Part shown: in pieces, positions 39,040 to 51,888 of the stretch
How positions within the stretch are numbered: position 1 is the first letter of the stretch
How the letters are laid out: each line of letters opens with the position of its first letter
Translations under genes and position numbers: made by a program
Notes under the pieces: model-generated
The model's database searches: none
Told to the model about the DNA's origin: nothing
What the model saw: the letters and a program-made list of their open reading frames with translations, nothing else
Source: Pristiophorus japonicus
Taxonomy: Eukaryota
Reading direction: 5' to 3'
DNA length: 64,000 bases
Assembly (NCBI RefSeq): GCF_044704955.1
Contig: NC_091999.1
Span: 34,596,001-34,660,000, forward strand

Positions 39040-39055
39040 AATAAAAAACAATAAA
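39040..39055 (+). terminator. Secretory-form polyadenylation signals
   Basis: Two AATAAA (39040-39045, 39050-39055) just after the secretory stop codon. Confidence 0.8.
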
Positions 39056-39789
39056 TGGCTTTTTTTTCCAATCATGAGTTAAACACACAGCCGCTCAATT
39101 AACTATGTTTCCTATTTTTGCCAATGTCAGGGCTGTTTATCTGAAGTCGGGTGTTTGCGCGTCTCGCTCCCAAGGCTTGTACAGCCAGCGCTCCCAGCTC
39201 AGATACACCATGGGTTGGAGACTGGGTGAAGTTCTCTCATTACAGGATTCCTGAAAGTAACTTCAGCAGAGAGAGAGTAAAGGGTAATTTTAACTCACTG
39301 TACCTCTCACACCCACCAGCGAGAGGGGAACGAGAAATACGTAATTCACGTAACCCCCACTGCCCCTCCCGCAGGGAGATGGGCAGTGAACCACTCTCTT
39401 TTAAATGCACTAAGTTGCCATCAGTACAATGTCACATTCTAACTCATGGTCTAAAGATTTTAAACTTGTCACATGAGTATTATGTTCTGATATAACTATT
39501 TATTCCACGTAATATTTTTAAATAGGGTTGGGGGTGCAACAGTCCCTGTTAATTGTAACCTAACATGCTGAATTCAATGGGCCATATCTAAACTGGTGAT
39601 TGTATCCTCTGCGGGTTTCTCACAGTTGTGTCCCTGATGTTTCTGAGGCCCATCGGTTGAATTGTTGCATTCCTTCGGCTGACGTCACATTGCGCCTCAC
39701 ACAGGACACACTTACACAGAGCAGGGAGAATACATGTGGAGGTGAGTTTGTCTGTGTTCATATGTAAGTGTGCTGATGATTTTGTCCAA

Positions 39790-41110
39790 GTGTGTGTGTT
39801 TTTGTGTAAGTGCACAATTACACACAAACACACATAGACTTACATATAAAGACATACATTAACACTCTGACACATAATATTATACATAACTAGAATATCA
39901 TGAAAACCATCATTGTCAAATCCAGTTATTGGTACTCTCTAAAACTTTGAACAATAGCAATAATACACGGCAATCTAAACGCACACTTACACAACGGATA
40001 CTTACACACACTTACACACACATAGACACACACATCAATCCACACACATACTTACGCAAAACACACCTACACACATAAACACATACATCAATCCACACAC
40101 AAACTTACGCAAAACACACTTACACACACATAGACACACGCATCAATCCATACACACACACTTGCAAAACACACTTACACACACTTTTACACACATAAAC
40201 ACATACATCAATCCACACACACATTTACACAAAACACATTTACACACACATAAATACACATCAATCAACACACACACTTACACAAAACACACAAACAGAC
40301 TTACACATACATAAATACACACATCAATCCACACACACACGTACACAAAACACACACACACTCGTAAACAAACGCATCAATCCAAACACACATTTACACA
40401 AAACACACAAACGCTTAGATGCAAATACACAATTGCACTTAGACACACACATTAATCAAAACACACACTGACACAAAACACACACACACACAAACACATA
40501 CACTTACCTGCAAACCCATTGTTACACATAAACACACACACGCTTACACCTAAACATGAACAACACTGCGACATAGCCATACACTTACAGGGAAACACAC
40601 ACCTGAACACATTTACACAAGCATGAACACGCATATAAATCCAAACACAAACTAACACAAAACACACACACACAAACTTACAGGTAAACACAATGTTACA
40701 CGAAAATTCACACACACACATTTACACCTCAACATAAACAAACGCTTAGACATAACCTTACACATACACTTACAGGGAAACATACACATAAACATACATA
40801 TACACAAGGATACACATACATTTACACATAAGCACACACATGAACACATTTGCACACGCACACACACACACATACACACACACACACAAACCCTTAGATA
40901 TGAACATGTTTACACATAAAAGTACACACACTCACCTACACCAAATCGCACACTCACAATTAAATATAAACACACACACTTACATATAAACACACGCGTT
41001 CTTAAACAAAACATAAACAAATATTTCCACACACATACACAATCTTACAACTATACATACGCACAACCCCACAGATCAACACCCTCACAGGGAAACACAA
41101 ACACGGACTA
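39790..41110. repeat. Long CA-rich low-complexity tract between secretory and TM exons
   Basis: Imperfect (CA)n with higher-order ACATCAATCCACACAC units. Confidence 0.92.
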
Positions 41111-41795
41111 ATCCAAAACAAGAGATAGTCATACAGTGATATAGACACTAAAGAGCACAAACAAAAACGTCAGGCTATAGAAGAATGTAGAACTAAGATA
41201 CAGTTTTTGGACGGATAAAGTATCCAACGCTTGGCCTGAATAAATAATTCCTGATACCATAATATATCACATTTCACTATTCTGGCCTTACACATACACT
41301 GGATCAATGTAGTTGTTGCAAACTGACACGTTATTTATGTTCAGAGCATTGCCGTAACAAATAAAAAAAACAAGATACAACTCACAACTGATCTCTTACA
41401 TAGCCTCCTTGGCAGCCTCCAACTAAGTAACTACCTTAACCTAGCGGAAAAATAATCGATATCCTGCTGTAAACCTTCCTCGATGTTCCATCGTATTATT
41501 CCCGAAGGATAGATCGTAGCAAAGTCATCCAAAATCAATTAGCCTCTGACATGGAAGAAAAACTATCATATTTTCCAAAACGGACTAAAGGGGGATCATA
41601 AAGGAAGAGCGGCAGTGGAGTGAGGAACAGTGAGAGATTGCTGAGAGTAATTAACTTAACACAAAATATACATTGGAAGTCCAATTAAAGAACAAACTAA
41701 TACCTTAAGGGAAAGAAAAGATAATATAAAATAATAGTATGATACCCGGAATTAATAAATGATCTGAATATATTTCCTCCCCTACATCCCCGTAG

Positions 41796-41923
41796 ATTCC
41801 TCAGACCACATCTGGAATGAAGACTATGACTACGAGAGCGGCAACATCTGGACAACAGCTTCCACATTCATCATCCTGTTCTTCCTGAGCATTTCCTACA
41901 GCGCTGCCGTCACTCTGGTGAAG
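41796..41923 (+). CDS. IGHM: IgM TM1 exon
   Basis: cccgtAG| then DSSDHIWNEDYDYESGNIWTTASTFIILFFLSISYSAAVTLVK, a CART-type Ig transmembrane segment; donor AAG|GTGGGA. Confidence 0.94.
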
Positions 41924-42063
41924 GTGGGAAGATTCAATCCGCTCACACTTCCATCTGACTGAAGCCGTTTGACAAATCTCTGGATGTTTCATTAATAAGA
42001 ACCCTGAGATAAATGACCCGGACCACTAAAATTCCGCTTCATTCTTTTAACCCTCTTTTACAG

Positions 42064-42072
42064 CTCAAGTGA
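42064..42072 (+). CDS. IGHM: IgM TM2 exon coding part (LK*), followed by 3' UTR with AATAAA at 42134 and 42314
   Basis: ctcttttacAG|CTC AAG TGA. Confidence 0.85.
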   Translation, partial: LK

Positions 42073-42424
42073 TGGTCTGAATTTCGGCCGCCGTGGATGT
42101 TCCTCATCTGTTTATCATCTCTCTGTCACTAAAAATAAAATATGTCCTCTTGGTGATTCTCAGACTAAAATGTCTCAGTTACTAGATCCGAATCAGTCGC
42201 TGATAAATATATAACTGGGATTTCCGTCTCTCTGTTTGAAATGTGTGCGATAATTGTGGCTGTAATGTAACTGTATCTGAGAGTTTCACTGTGGTTTGTA
42301 CATTTCATGTGTAAATAAATAACTTTTCTCATTCTTATTCACAAGTGTTCCCTTCCCTTTATGCTGAGCCCCTGTTCACTCGCTCTGATGTTTGTCACAA
42401 CTGTACAGATAGCTGGCAGCTCCG

Positions 42425-42850
42425 ACATAAGAACATAAGAAATAGGAGCAGGAGTAGGCCCTATGGCTCCTCGAGTCTGCTCCATCATTCAATAAGATCA
42501 CGGCTGAACATCGACCTCAACTCCACTTTCCCGCCCAATAGCATATCCCTTGCTTCTCCTAGGGTCCAAAAATCTAACTATTTGAGCCTTGAATATATTT
42601 AGAGACTCAGCATCCACAGCCGTCTGGGGTAGGGAATTCCAAACATTCAAAACCCTCTGAGTGAAGAAATTCCTCCTCCTCTCCATCTTAAATGGCCGAT
42701 CCTTTATCCTGAGAGAGTGCTCCCTAGTCCTGGAGTATCCAGCCGCGGGAAACAAACCTTCAGCATTTAACTTGTCAAGCGCCCTCAGAATCTTATGTTT
42801 CAATCAGATCACCTCTCATTATTCTAAACTCCAGAGAGTACAGGCCAATC
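42425..42850 (-). mobile_element. CR1 3' fragment
   Basis: RRNFFTQRVLNVWNSLPQ motif and CATAAGAA tail. Confidence 0.88.
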
Positions 42851-43404
42851 CGCCTGTGTTCGGTTCTCAATATATTGCTCAGTTATATTCACTTTGTGTT
42901 CACTTTTTTACACTTCCCTGTAAATTGTTTTCTGTGAAATTGTTAATAAATCTGGAATGACAAATTGAAGTAACTTGGATTTTCTCCATGGCTCCTGTAC
43001 ACCGCTTCATTTTTCCTGTCACACTGTGTTTTATTTGCGTGACAGGTATGTTTCACCCGTTCTGTCTGGGATGTGATTGAACCCAAGTCCCATTGGTGAA
43101 TGACCCACGGCGCCACCCAGTGTCCCATCGGAGTAAAGACACCTCGACCACTGCCTTGTTGTATCGGTCCCAGAGGCGGAATTACGGCACAACGACCAGG
43201 TGCACCATGCAGTCTCCTCTAATATTATGGTCTGTCACAGTCACATGGCAGGTTCTATTGAAAAACAGGACTCCATTCCGTCACAGATTGTCACACTTCA
43301 GTAAACGGCAGAGTACTTTCACTCTCCCAGGGCAGGTACAGCACGGGTTAGAAACCTGACACAAACGCCCAAATTAGCACAACCCCGGAGAATGGCCCCC
43401 AAAA

Positions 43405-43970
43405 GGGTGAGCCTGTGCTGGCGCAAAAGGGTGAGCCTGTGCTGGCCCAATAGGATGAGCCGGGCTGGCCCAATAGGGAGAGCCCATGCTGATCCAATAT
43501 GGTGAGCCCGAGCTGGCCGAATAGGGTGAGCCCGGGCTGGTCCAATAGGGTGAGCACATGCTGGCCCAATAGGGTGAACCATGCTGGCCCAATAGGGTGA
43601 GCCGGGTTGGTCCAATAGGGCGAGCCTGGGCTGGTTCAAAATGGCGAGCCCAGGCTTGCTCAATCGGGTGAGCCCAGGCTGGCCCAATAGGGTGAGTCTG
43701 TGCTGGCCCAATAGGATGAGCCCATGCTGGCCCCATAGGTTGAGGCCATGCTGGCCCAATGGTGTGAACCCGCGCTGGCCCAATAGGGTGAGACGGGTCT
43801 GTCCAATAGTGTGCGCCCGGGCTGGCCCAATAGGGTGCGCCCGTGCTGGCCCAATAGGGTGAGCCGGGCTGGCCCAATAGGGTGAGCCGGGCTGGCCCAA
43901 TAGGATGAGCCGGGCTGGACCCATAGGCCGAGCTTGGGCTGGCCCAATAGGATGAGCCGGGCTGGCGCAG
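43405..43970 (+). repeat. ~23-bp minisatellite, consensus GCTGGCCCAATAGGGTGAGCCGG (~24 copies, most with CCAAT)
   Basis: Direct tandem periodicity visible; generates the repetitive LLGQP/PIGPA/PYWAS ORFs. Confidence 0.95.
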
Positions 43971-44034
43971 GGTCAGCAGACAACAGTCAGCACAACAAGG
44001 CTCCCTGTCAGGGCCCACTGACCTGGTCACAAAC

Positions 44035-44400
44035 ATGTGTCCAATCAAACTGACTGAAGCCCCGCCCATCCATTATCGCTGCCCAAAGGGCCGCGCATGC
44101 GCCGCGAGATCCGCTCTGACCAAGATGGCGGCCACTGAGCCCGCTCCCCAAACCTAACCAAGATGACGGCCGCTGAGCCCGCTGCCCCGGACGCTCACTG
44201 ACTGGGCCTGGAACCGGGCTGTGATTCGGTTATTGGGGACGAGCACGGGTGTATGTGAAGCGGATGGTGCCGAGTGTTGTCTCTCGGGCCTGGGCCCGCG
44301 CTTGGGCTGCGTGTCCCGCCCGGGGTTTATTAACGCAGGGAACTATTGGTTCTGCACTTTGTGACTGACCGGAGACAAGCCCCGCCCCATCTGGGCCAGA
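44035..44400. promoter_or_regulatory. CpG promoter-like island with CCAAT, GC box, NRF1 and YY1 motifs
   Basis: CCAAT 44041, CCCCGCCC near 44060, GCGCATGCGC 44093-44102, CAAGATGGCGGC 44121-44132 and a variant at 44159-44170. Confidence 0.65.
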
Positions 44401-44437
44401 ATCATTCTGTGCATGTGGTGCAGAGAAATAAAACTTG

Positions 44438-45112
44438 GGTAAGGCACTTCGGCTTGGGGAGGCGTACACTGGGACAGGGGTAAGGCACTTTGGCTGGGGG
44501 AGGCGTACACTGGGACTGGGGTAAGGCACTTTAGCTGGGGTGGGGGCATGCACTGAGACTGAGGTAAGGCATTTCGGCTGGGAGATGCATGCACTGGGAC
44601 TGCGGTAAGGCACTTTGGCTGGGTGATGCATATACTGGGACTGGTGTAAGGCACTCCGGCTGTGGGAGGCCTGCACTGGGACTGACGTAAGTCACTTCGG
44701 CTGGTGGAGGCGTGCACTGGGACTGGGGTAAGGCACTTCGGCTGGGGGAGGCACTTCGTTTGGAGGAAACTTCCACTGCGACTGGAGTAACGCACGTTGG
44801 CTGGGGGAAGCATGCACTGCGACTAGGGTAAGGCACTTTGATTGGGGGAGGCATATATTGGGGTAAGGCTCTTCGCCTGGGGGAGGCATATACTGGGACT
44901 GGGGTAAGGCACTTTGGTTGGGTGAGGCATATATTCGGGTAAGGCTCTTCGCCTGGGGAGGCATATACTGGGACTGGGTTAAGGCACTTTGGCTGGGGGA
45001 GGAATGCACTGGGACTGGATAAGGCACTTTGGCTTGGGGAGGTATATACTGGTACTGGAGTAAGGCACTTCGACTGGGGAAGGATGCACTGGGACTGAGG
45101 CAAGGCACTTTG
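44438..45112 (+). repeat. ~41-bp minisatellite (GGGGTAAGGCACTTTGGCTGGGGGAGGCxTACACTGGGACT)
   Basis: TAAGGCACTT recurs at a 41-nt period (44440, 44481, 44522...). Confidence 0.92.
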
Positions 45113-45523
45113 GATGACAGTCGCTGTCTTCTGGGAGCTCTGCCTCTGTTGTTTCAGGAAGTCAAAGTGGATCAAGTTACAATTTGTAAAGTAAATGAGA
45201 CGTTGGGATGGGCGGTTTCAGTTACACATTCGAGTGACACCTCAGGCTGTGGCTTATCTTCCAAAGGAACCAATCATGGAAAAAGGTTGGAGCATGGCGG
45301 CCATTTTTGCAGTACAAATATGCACGTCCTTTATTAAATCGCTCCCTCCCTCCACCCATCTCTGACCCCCTGTCTCACCCACCGCGCATGCTCAGCTCAC
45401 ACTGCCTGGCTGATTGACGGCAGCTCCCGACCAATAGGGAGAGCAGTTGTGGAGCTGGAGGTCTGGGTGGGCGGTTAGTCTTCCAACCAATCAGCGTGTG
45501 CAAGGGGTGCGGCTTATGGCCCC

Positions 45524-45612
45524 TGTATTGTGTAGGGTTAATCACATAGGGTTAATTATGATATTTCGACATTTACAGTTTGTTTCTGCTTCATGCCTCG
45601 TGGAATGTTGTT

Positions 45613-45644
<32 letters not shown>

Positions 45645-46064
45645 CCTTGATGCACACACCAACTTGTTTATGGGACGGTCGGCGCCTCGAGGTCTCATGT
45701 TTTGTGGAAGAACAGCTGGGGCCTTACTGATTTGGAGTTGGCCATAAACCACATGCACCCATGTTTGTTCAATAGTATAAAGGAATGGAACAGTCCAGTA
45801 GCTCTTTGAACTTCACCTTGGACCGTGATTCGCGAGTGGTGCCGGGACCCCTAAGGCTCCAGACCAGCCGTTGTTGCGGAGTTCCCGATGGTCCGAAGGC
45901 TGTGAGCTTTGTTGCATCTTATCATACTTCTCTTTTCTTCATAAACTGTATTATGTTTCTTTTCCCTCAGTAAACGGTGTTTTATCTTTACTTCATTTGT
46001 CTTGCCTCTTATTTAACATTCATCCAGAACCCGAACCTGGGTCTATTATTATCGATCCAAAAAA
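45524..46064 (+). repeat. 5' LTR of class III ERV
   Basis: Begins TGTATTG, aligns along its length with 51361-51888, internal (GA)n, TATAAA near 45776. Confidence 0.92.
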
Positions 46065-46067
46065 TGT

Positions 46068-46085
46068 TGGCATCACGAACAGGAT
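46068..46085 (+). other. Primer binding site, tRNA-Ser-like (TGGCATCACGAACAGGAT)
   Basis: 3 nt after the 5' LTR. One mismatch to TGGCGTCACGAACAGGAT, the complement of a vertebrate tRNA-Ser(CGA) 3' end as recalled, not searched. Confidence 0.75.
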
Positions 46086-49000
46086 CTGGTAAAATGTTTA
46101 AGAGAAAAGACAAGGAGCAGTCTCCTCCTGCGGGAGAGAAGTATAGAATACCAGGGTAGAGCACAAGGGATGAGGGTTTTGGCTCTCTTGCCAATGTGCT
46201 AGCCCAGTTTGCATCCCCACAACATTGGGATATGCAGTTATTGGAACAGAGCAAAGATAGACCCGTACCCCACACGGTACTGTCTCTCCTGGAGGAAGCG
46301 GGCGTCCCACAGGAGAAAAGTAATCCCTCACAAATGGGATGAATTTTGTTGACAGCATTAAAGACGATGTGTAAACAACTTAAGGAAAGTGAGGCAGAAA
46401 ACCTAGAGTTAAAAACAGCTGTTAAGGTTTTTCGAAAGTCAAAACTCGACTCTGACTGAAGCGGTCCACACTGCACAACAACAGGTGGACAAGCTCAATG
46501 AACAATCAGAAACTTTAATATGCCATCTGGTGACAGTACAACATTATTAAAAAGCCAGACGACGGAAATTACAGATAGATCGGTCAAAGGTACGTGCATT
46601 GGTAGCTGGACCCACTTGGGATCCGGCTCATTGGGAAGGAGACATCTGGTACTCCTCTGACTCAGAATATGAATGGTCAGATGGAGAGGGGGGAACGGGA
46701 GGAAACTAAAAACCCTCCCCCATACGCTCCGAGCAAGAAAGCTAGACCCCTTATGACAAATAAGGTGAAACAGCAAGATGGGGAACAGCCAGTAACCACT
46801 AGAGGGGTGCGTGACTTCACCACTTGTGAGTTACAAGAAATAGGGTCTCGATTTCGCAAAAAACCCGAGGAATCATTGTCAGAATGGCTAACCCGGATTT
46901 GGGATCAGGGAGCATCAGGCGTAATACTTAACCCTGAAGAGTTAATAAAAATGAGGACTATGATTACGGACCACCATATCACAGCAGTGCTACGAAATGT
47001 CCAGGGCACAAGTTCGCTATGGGACATGGTTACTATAGGGGTCCAGGAAAAATATCCCTCTGCCGTTGATTGGAAAGGGGAGTTAAAACCTTGGAGTACT
47101 GTGGTGGAGGGTGCGATACAATTGCACAACATGGAAACACAGGGAGGAATATATCACCAACAATATGGGGGGCCAGATCAGGAGCTCTTTACGGCAGGAA
47201 TGCAGAGCAGGCTGATGAAGAGTGGCCCTCCTATGATGAGGGGTGCGCTACGTGCATTATTGGGACCAGCCCAAGAGCAGCGGGTAGGGGACGCTCTCCT
47301 GTTGTTAGGACAGTTAGACGATGTAGAAGATAGTGTGCGAGAGTCGAGAACGGCTAATGTAGATAGGGATCGGGACCAGCGACAAGGTTCGACCTCTGGG
47401 AATGATATAGGGTCAGGAAAGACAAAAAAAAAGAATTGCGCAGAGGGACATGTACGCGGCTTTATTGAAAGCAGGGGTCCCCAAGGAAAAAAAATTGATG
47501 CAATCCCAACAGGAGCAATGTATTCTATGTGGAAGCAACACTGCGTCCCGGGAACAGGGAAGGGTAAAAGGAGGGAGGTAAGGGAGACTTAGTCGGATAA
47601 CGTCAAGTCTGCGGATGTGGAGAAACCATCTCCCACTAGTCTATATCTCAGCGTAGAAGAGCTGTGGAAGGCTAGTAATCCCCTCGACTGGGGTGTGGCC
47701 GGGATCCGGGAGTACTCCCCATTAGAACCACATCAACCCAAGCTCCCGGGATCTGAGGCCACACATTCCGATTACGATACATTGGCGGGGTGGGGGCGAA
47801 CATACAAAGAGATGTTGCTTTACTAGACACAGGGGCAGAAGTTACTATTATCCATGGAAACCCTAGGAAACACACAGGGACCTGTATGATGATTAATGGG
47901 CCGGAGGGGGCAGAAACGCCCGCTGTCCGAACAACTATCAGAATGGCGTTGGGAAATGGGCCTCCGCGCTGCGTAACGGTCTTAATATCGACAGTAACGG
48001 AGCATATTATTGGGATGGACCTTTTAAAGGGAACCACACACAACATCTCGTTCGGGCGATTCTCATTCGGGATATGGGCGATCATTGAGATTGCAGAGGA
48101 AGCAAAGTGGGAACCAGTGGTAATACCACGGCCATTGCGTATAGTGACTATGAAACAGTACCAAATACCTGGGGGACACAAAGAAATAGGGGAAACCATA
48201 CAAGGGCTCTTGGAAACGGGAATCATTAGACATGTGGTGTCCCCTACAAAAGCCCTGTTTGGCGTGTGCAGAAACCCGACAAAAGTTGGAGGATGACTGT
48301 GGATTACCGACAACTGAACAAATGTGCCCCTCCCCTGGCAACCGCTGTCCCAGATGTAGTAACTATAACAGAGCGGCTGTCTGAAGAAGGTGCGGAGTGG
48401 TATGCGGTAACCGACCTGGCCAATGCCAGTTTCGCCATTCTAATAGCGGAAGAATCCCAGGACCAGTTTGCACTCACTTGGGAAGGGAGGCAATACACGT
48501 TTAAACGCCTACCTCAAGGTTACCTACATAGCCCTACCCTATGCCACGGATTGGTGGCCCGGGACCTGGACATGTGCACGTTGGCTCCTAATATCTCACT
48601 GGCACACTACATCGATGAGGTACTAATAAGGGGTCCCACCGAGGCTGTGGTGTCAGAAGCCCTAGCTACTTTAGTCCAACACATGCGAGATCTGGGCTTG
48701 GAGATAAATCCGAAGAAGGTGTAGGGCCCTAGCCAGATTGTCCAGATTGTGGGGATCCAATGGACTCGCGGTGAGCGCATCATACCCGAGCCTGTGAAGA
48801 ATAAAATTCAATAAATGGTCACCTCCACGAATAAAACTGAGACACAATGGTTCGTGGGACTATTGGGTTACTGGAGGAGACACATACCTCACCTCACGTT
48901 GCTATTAAAATCGTTGTATGCCGTAACACGAAAAAAGGCCCACTTCGAGTGGGGAAAGGAACAACAGGTGGCTTTTGATGCAGCCAAAGAAGCCGTAGCT

Positions 49001-51360
49001 CAAGCTTTACCCCTAGCCCCACGAGTGCCTAGACAGCCTTTTGAGCTCCAGGTATCCGTTACCAATGATACTGCAGTATAAAGTTTGTGGCAGGTTCAAC
49101 ATGGCACTCGTATACCGTTAGGGTTATGGTCTAGAACATTGACAGATGCTGCTGCTCGTTACACTCCATTTGAGAAACAATTATTAGCATGTTATTGGTT
49201 CCTAACAGAAACAGAAGGACAGACAGGGGACGACAAAGTCAGTTTAAGACAAGACCTACCCATATTATCCTTGGTTCTCTCAGAAAATGAGACACACAAG
49301 GTCGGGCGAGTGCAGCAAAGCTCCATAGTGCGCTGGAAATGGTATATCGCAGACAGAGCAAGTAAAGGGAAAGAAGGAATCACCCGACTACATGAGCATG
49401 TGGCTGGATACCCACAAACAGCTGAGAGTGAACTTACGCAGTCGTCTGTCAGTTTAACCAAAGAGTCACCGATCTCCTGGGATGTGTCTTTTGAACAGTT
49501 AACACCCGAAGAACGTAGCCATGCCTGGTTCACAGGTGTGGCGAAATGGCCTTCGGTGATGGCGAGCCGCTGCCTTCAATCCAAAAAAACAGACAATTGT
49601 GCATGATGAGGGCGTGGCAGGCTCCAGCCAGCAAGCAGAACTAGCAGCTGTAGTCCCTTCGCTAGAAGAGGAACAGCAACAAATACACATATATACTGAC
49701 TCATGGGCAGTAGCCAATGGCATGGCGGGCTGAATGCGAAACTGGCATGAACATAACTGGCAAATAACTGGGAAAGACTTGTGGGGAAAGTACCTATGGG
49801 AACAAATATGTTCCAAAGCCCAGAAAATGAAAATAACTGTATATCATGTGGACACCCACATGAAAAACACTTCAAAGACTTCTGAATATAATAACACAGT
49901 TGATAATATAGCCCGGGTACGGGCTGTCAAAGAGGCGGAAGAGGAAGAATACGGCATAGGCAAGTGGGCCCACCACAAATCTGGACATTTGGGCATTCAG
50001 GGTACGATACATTGGGCACGAAATGGGGGGTTACATTTGACTACGGACGGTGTTAATCAGATCATAAACACCTGTGAAATTTGTCAAAAGGTGAAGCATT
50101 TCCCCCTACAACGACAATTAAGAGAGGGACTCAACCAGCAGAAACATGGCAAGTTGATTATGTAGAACCTTTACCATTGCAACAACGGTTCCAATATTTG
50201 CTCACTGTTGTTGATACCTATTCTATACTTTTGATCGCTTATCCTGTGACTAAAGCGAATCAACCAAGTACGATTAAAGGACTGGAGAATTTAATCACAT
50301 ACTACGGTGAACCAGCAGAAGTACAGTCCGATAATGGGTCGCACTTCACAGGTCAAACAGTGCAACAGTGGGCGGTAGATAACGAGATTTATTGGATGTT
50401 TCACATACCTCACTATCCGCAAGCTGCAGGTTTAATGGAACGCATGAATGGATTACTTAAACAACAGATTAAAATATTAACTCCCACTAACACATTGCAA
50501 GGGTGGTTAAAGATTTTCCCACAAGCAGTGCGCAATCTGAATCACTGACCATTGTGGGGGGAAACTCCCATAAGCCACATGTTAGGCAAAGTTAGTGTCC
50601 CTACTATTGAAAAAGAAAATCAGACTCAGAACACAGTTTGTGAAGGAGGAAAAGTGTGGGTGCAGTACCCCCAGAAACGCTTACAAGCAGGGGAAATCTT
50701 TGTGAAAGAAGAACAAAACACTTATTGGGTGCTCCTGACCGGTCAAGATGTTCCTCCCTCTGTTGACAAGGGTAAATTGACTAAACGGGGTTGAATTAAT
50801 ATAATTATGCTTCCTCCCACAGGAATTCAGCCCAAAATGGCGACTTACCAACTCGTGCTGGCCAGCCTCTGTGTCTCGTTATCTGTGACTGTGCTACTTC
50901 CATCCTCAAACACAGCATGGGGTGGCGGATAGCTAATTCTGATCGTATGCAAGACAATTACTAACCTTCCTCCACACTGTAGACCTAACTCGTTGAGCTC
51001 AATTTCTAAAAGATAATCAAAAGGTCACTGACGAATTGAGCAAACGAGGGCGTACTCTTCATACTCTGCAAGTTGCTATGAGTTACAGTGAAGGCGCCTT
51101 GGTCAGAGTTGCGACAACGGTCAATGACCTTACTGTACACCATTGATGGGACATCTTTTACGAATGGTCCCCAAAGACATCTGCCGCTTTGAAGCTGTTA
51201 CTACATCCTATCGTTGTTTTACTCATCGCGTTATTACTGATATTTATGTATTCTTTGATGTAGATTGTGGGCGTTGTTCGCGCATACACAATATGTAACT
51301 GATGCATTACGCTTTCAACTCGATTATATTACTTAGAATGTCTAAATATCAAGATTGGAT

Positions 51361-51888
51361 TGTATTGTATAGGGTTAATCACATAGGGTTAATTATGATA
51401 TTCCGACACTTACAGTGTGTATTCTGCTTCATGCCTCGTGGAATGTTGTTGATCCAGAGAGAGAGAGACCTTGATGCGCACACCATCTTGTTTGTGGGAC
51501 GATCAGCGCCTCGAGGCCTCATGCTTTGTGGAAGAACATCTGGGGCCTTACAGATTAGGAGTTGTCCATAAGCCACATGCACCCATGTTTATTCAATAGT
51601 ATAAAGGAACGGAACTGTCCAGTAGCTCTTTGAATTTCACCTTAGACCGTGATTCGCGAGTGGTGCCAGGACCCCTAAGGCTCCAGACCAGCCGTCGTTG
51701 CGGAGTTCCCGACGGGTCGAAGGCTGTGAGCTTTGTTGCATCTTATCATACTTCCCTTTTCTTCGTAAACTGTATGATGTTTCCTTTCTCTCAGTAAATG
51801 GTGTTTTATCTTTACTTCATTTGTCTTGTCTCTTATTTAACATTCATCCAGATCCCGAATCTGGATCTATTATTATCGATCCAAAACA
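51361..51888 (+). repeat. 3' LTR of class III ERV
   Basis: TGTATTG...CCAAAACA, homologous to the 5' LTR. Confidence 0.92.

Larger units (their letters stand above)
45524..51888 (+). mobile_element. Class III (ERV-S/ERV-L-like) provirus with two LTRs, degraded gag-pro-pol and env relic
   Basis: Direct repeats 45524-46064 and 51361-51888. Gag 46094-47592; protease LLDTGAE; RT LPQGYLHSPTLCH...YIDE; RNase H YTDSWAV; integrase WQVDY, SDNGSHF, PHYPQAAGLMER. Many stops and frameshifts. Confidence 0.94.

Noticed and set aside
39790-41110. CA-rich tract as an Ig switch region or Cys/Val-rich ORFs
   Set aside because: It lies 3' of CH4, lacks AGCT/G-rich switch motifs, and is simple low-complexity DNA.
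43319-45175. Repetitive minus-strand ORFs of 100-230 aa
   Set aside because: Translations of the 23-bp and 41-bp minisatellites.
46068-46085. tRNA gene
   Set aside because: Only an 18-nt primer-binding complement. SINE heads elsewhere are likewise not complete tRNAs.
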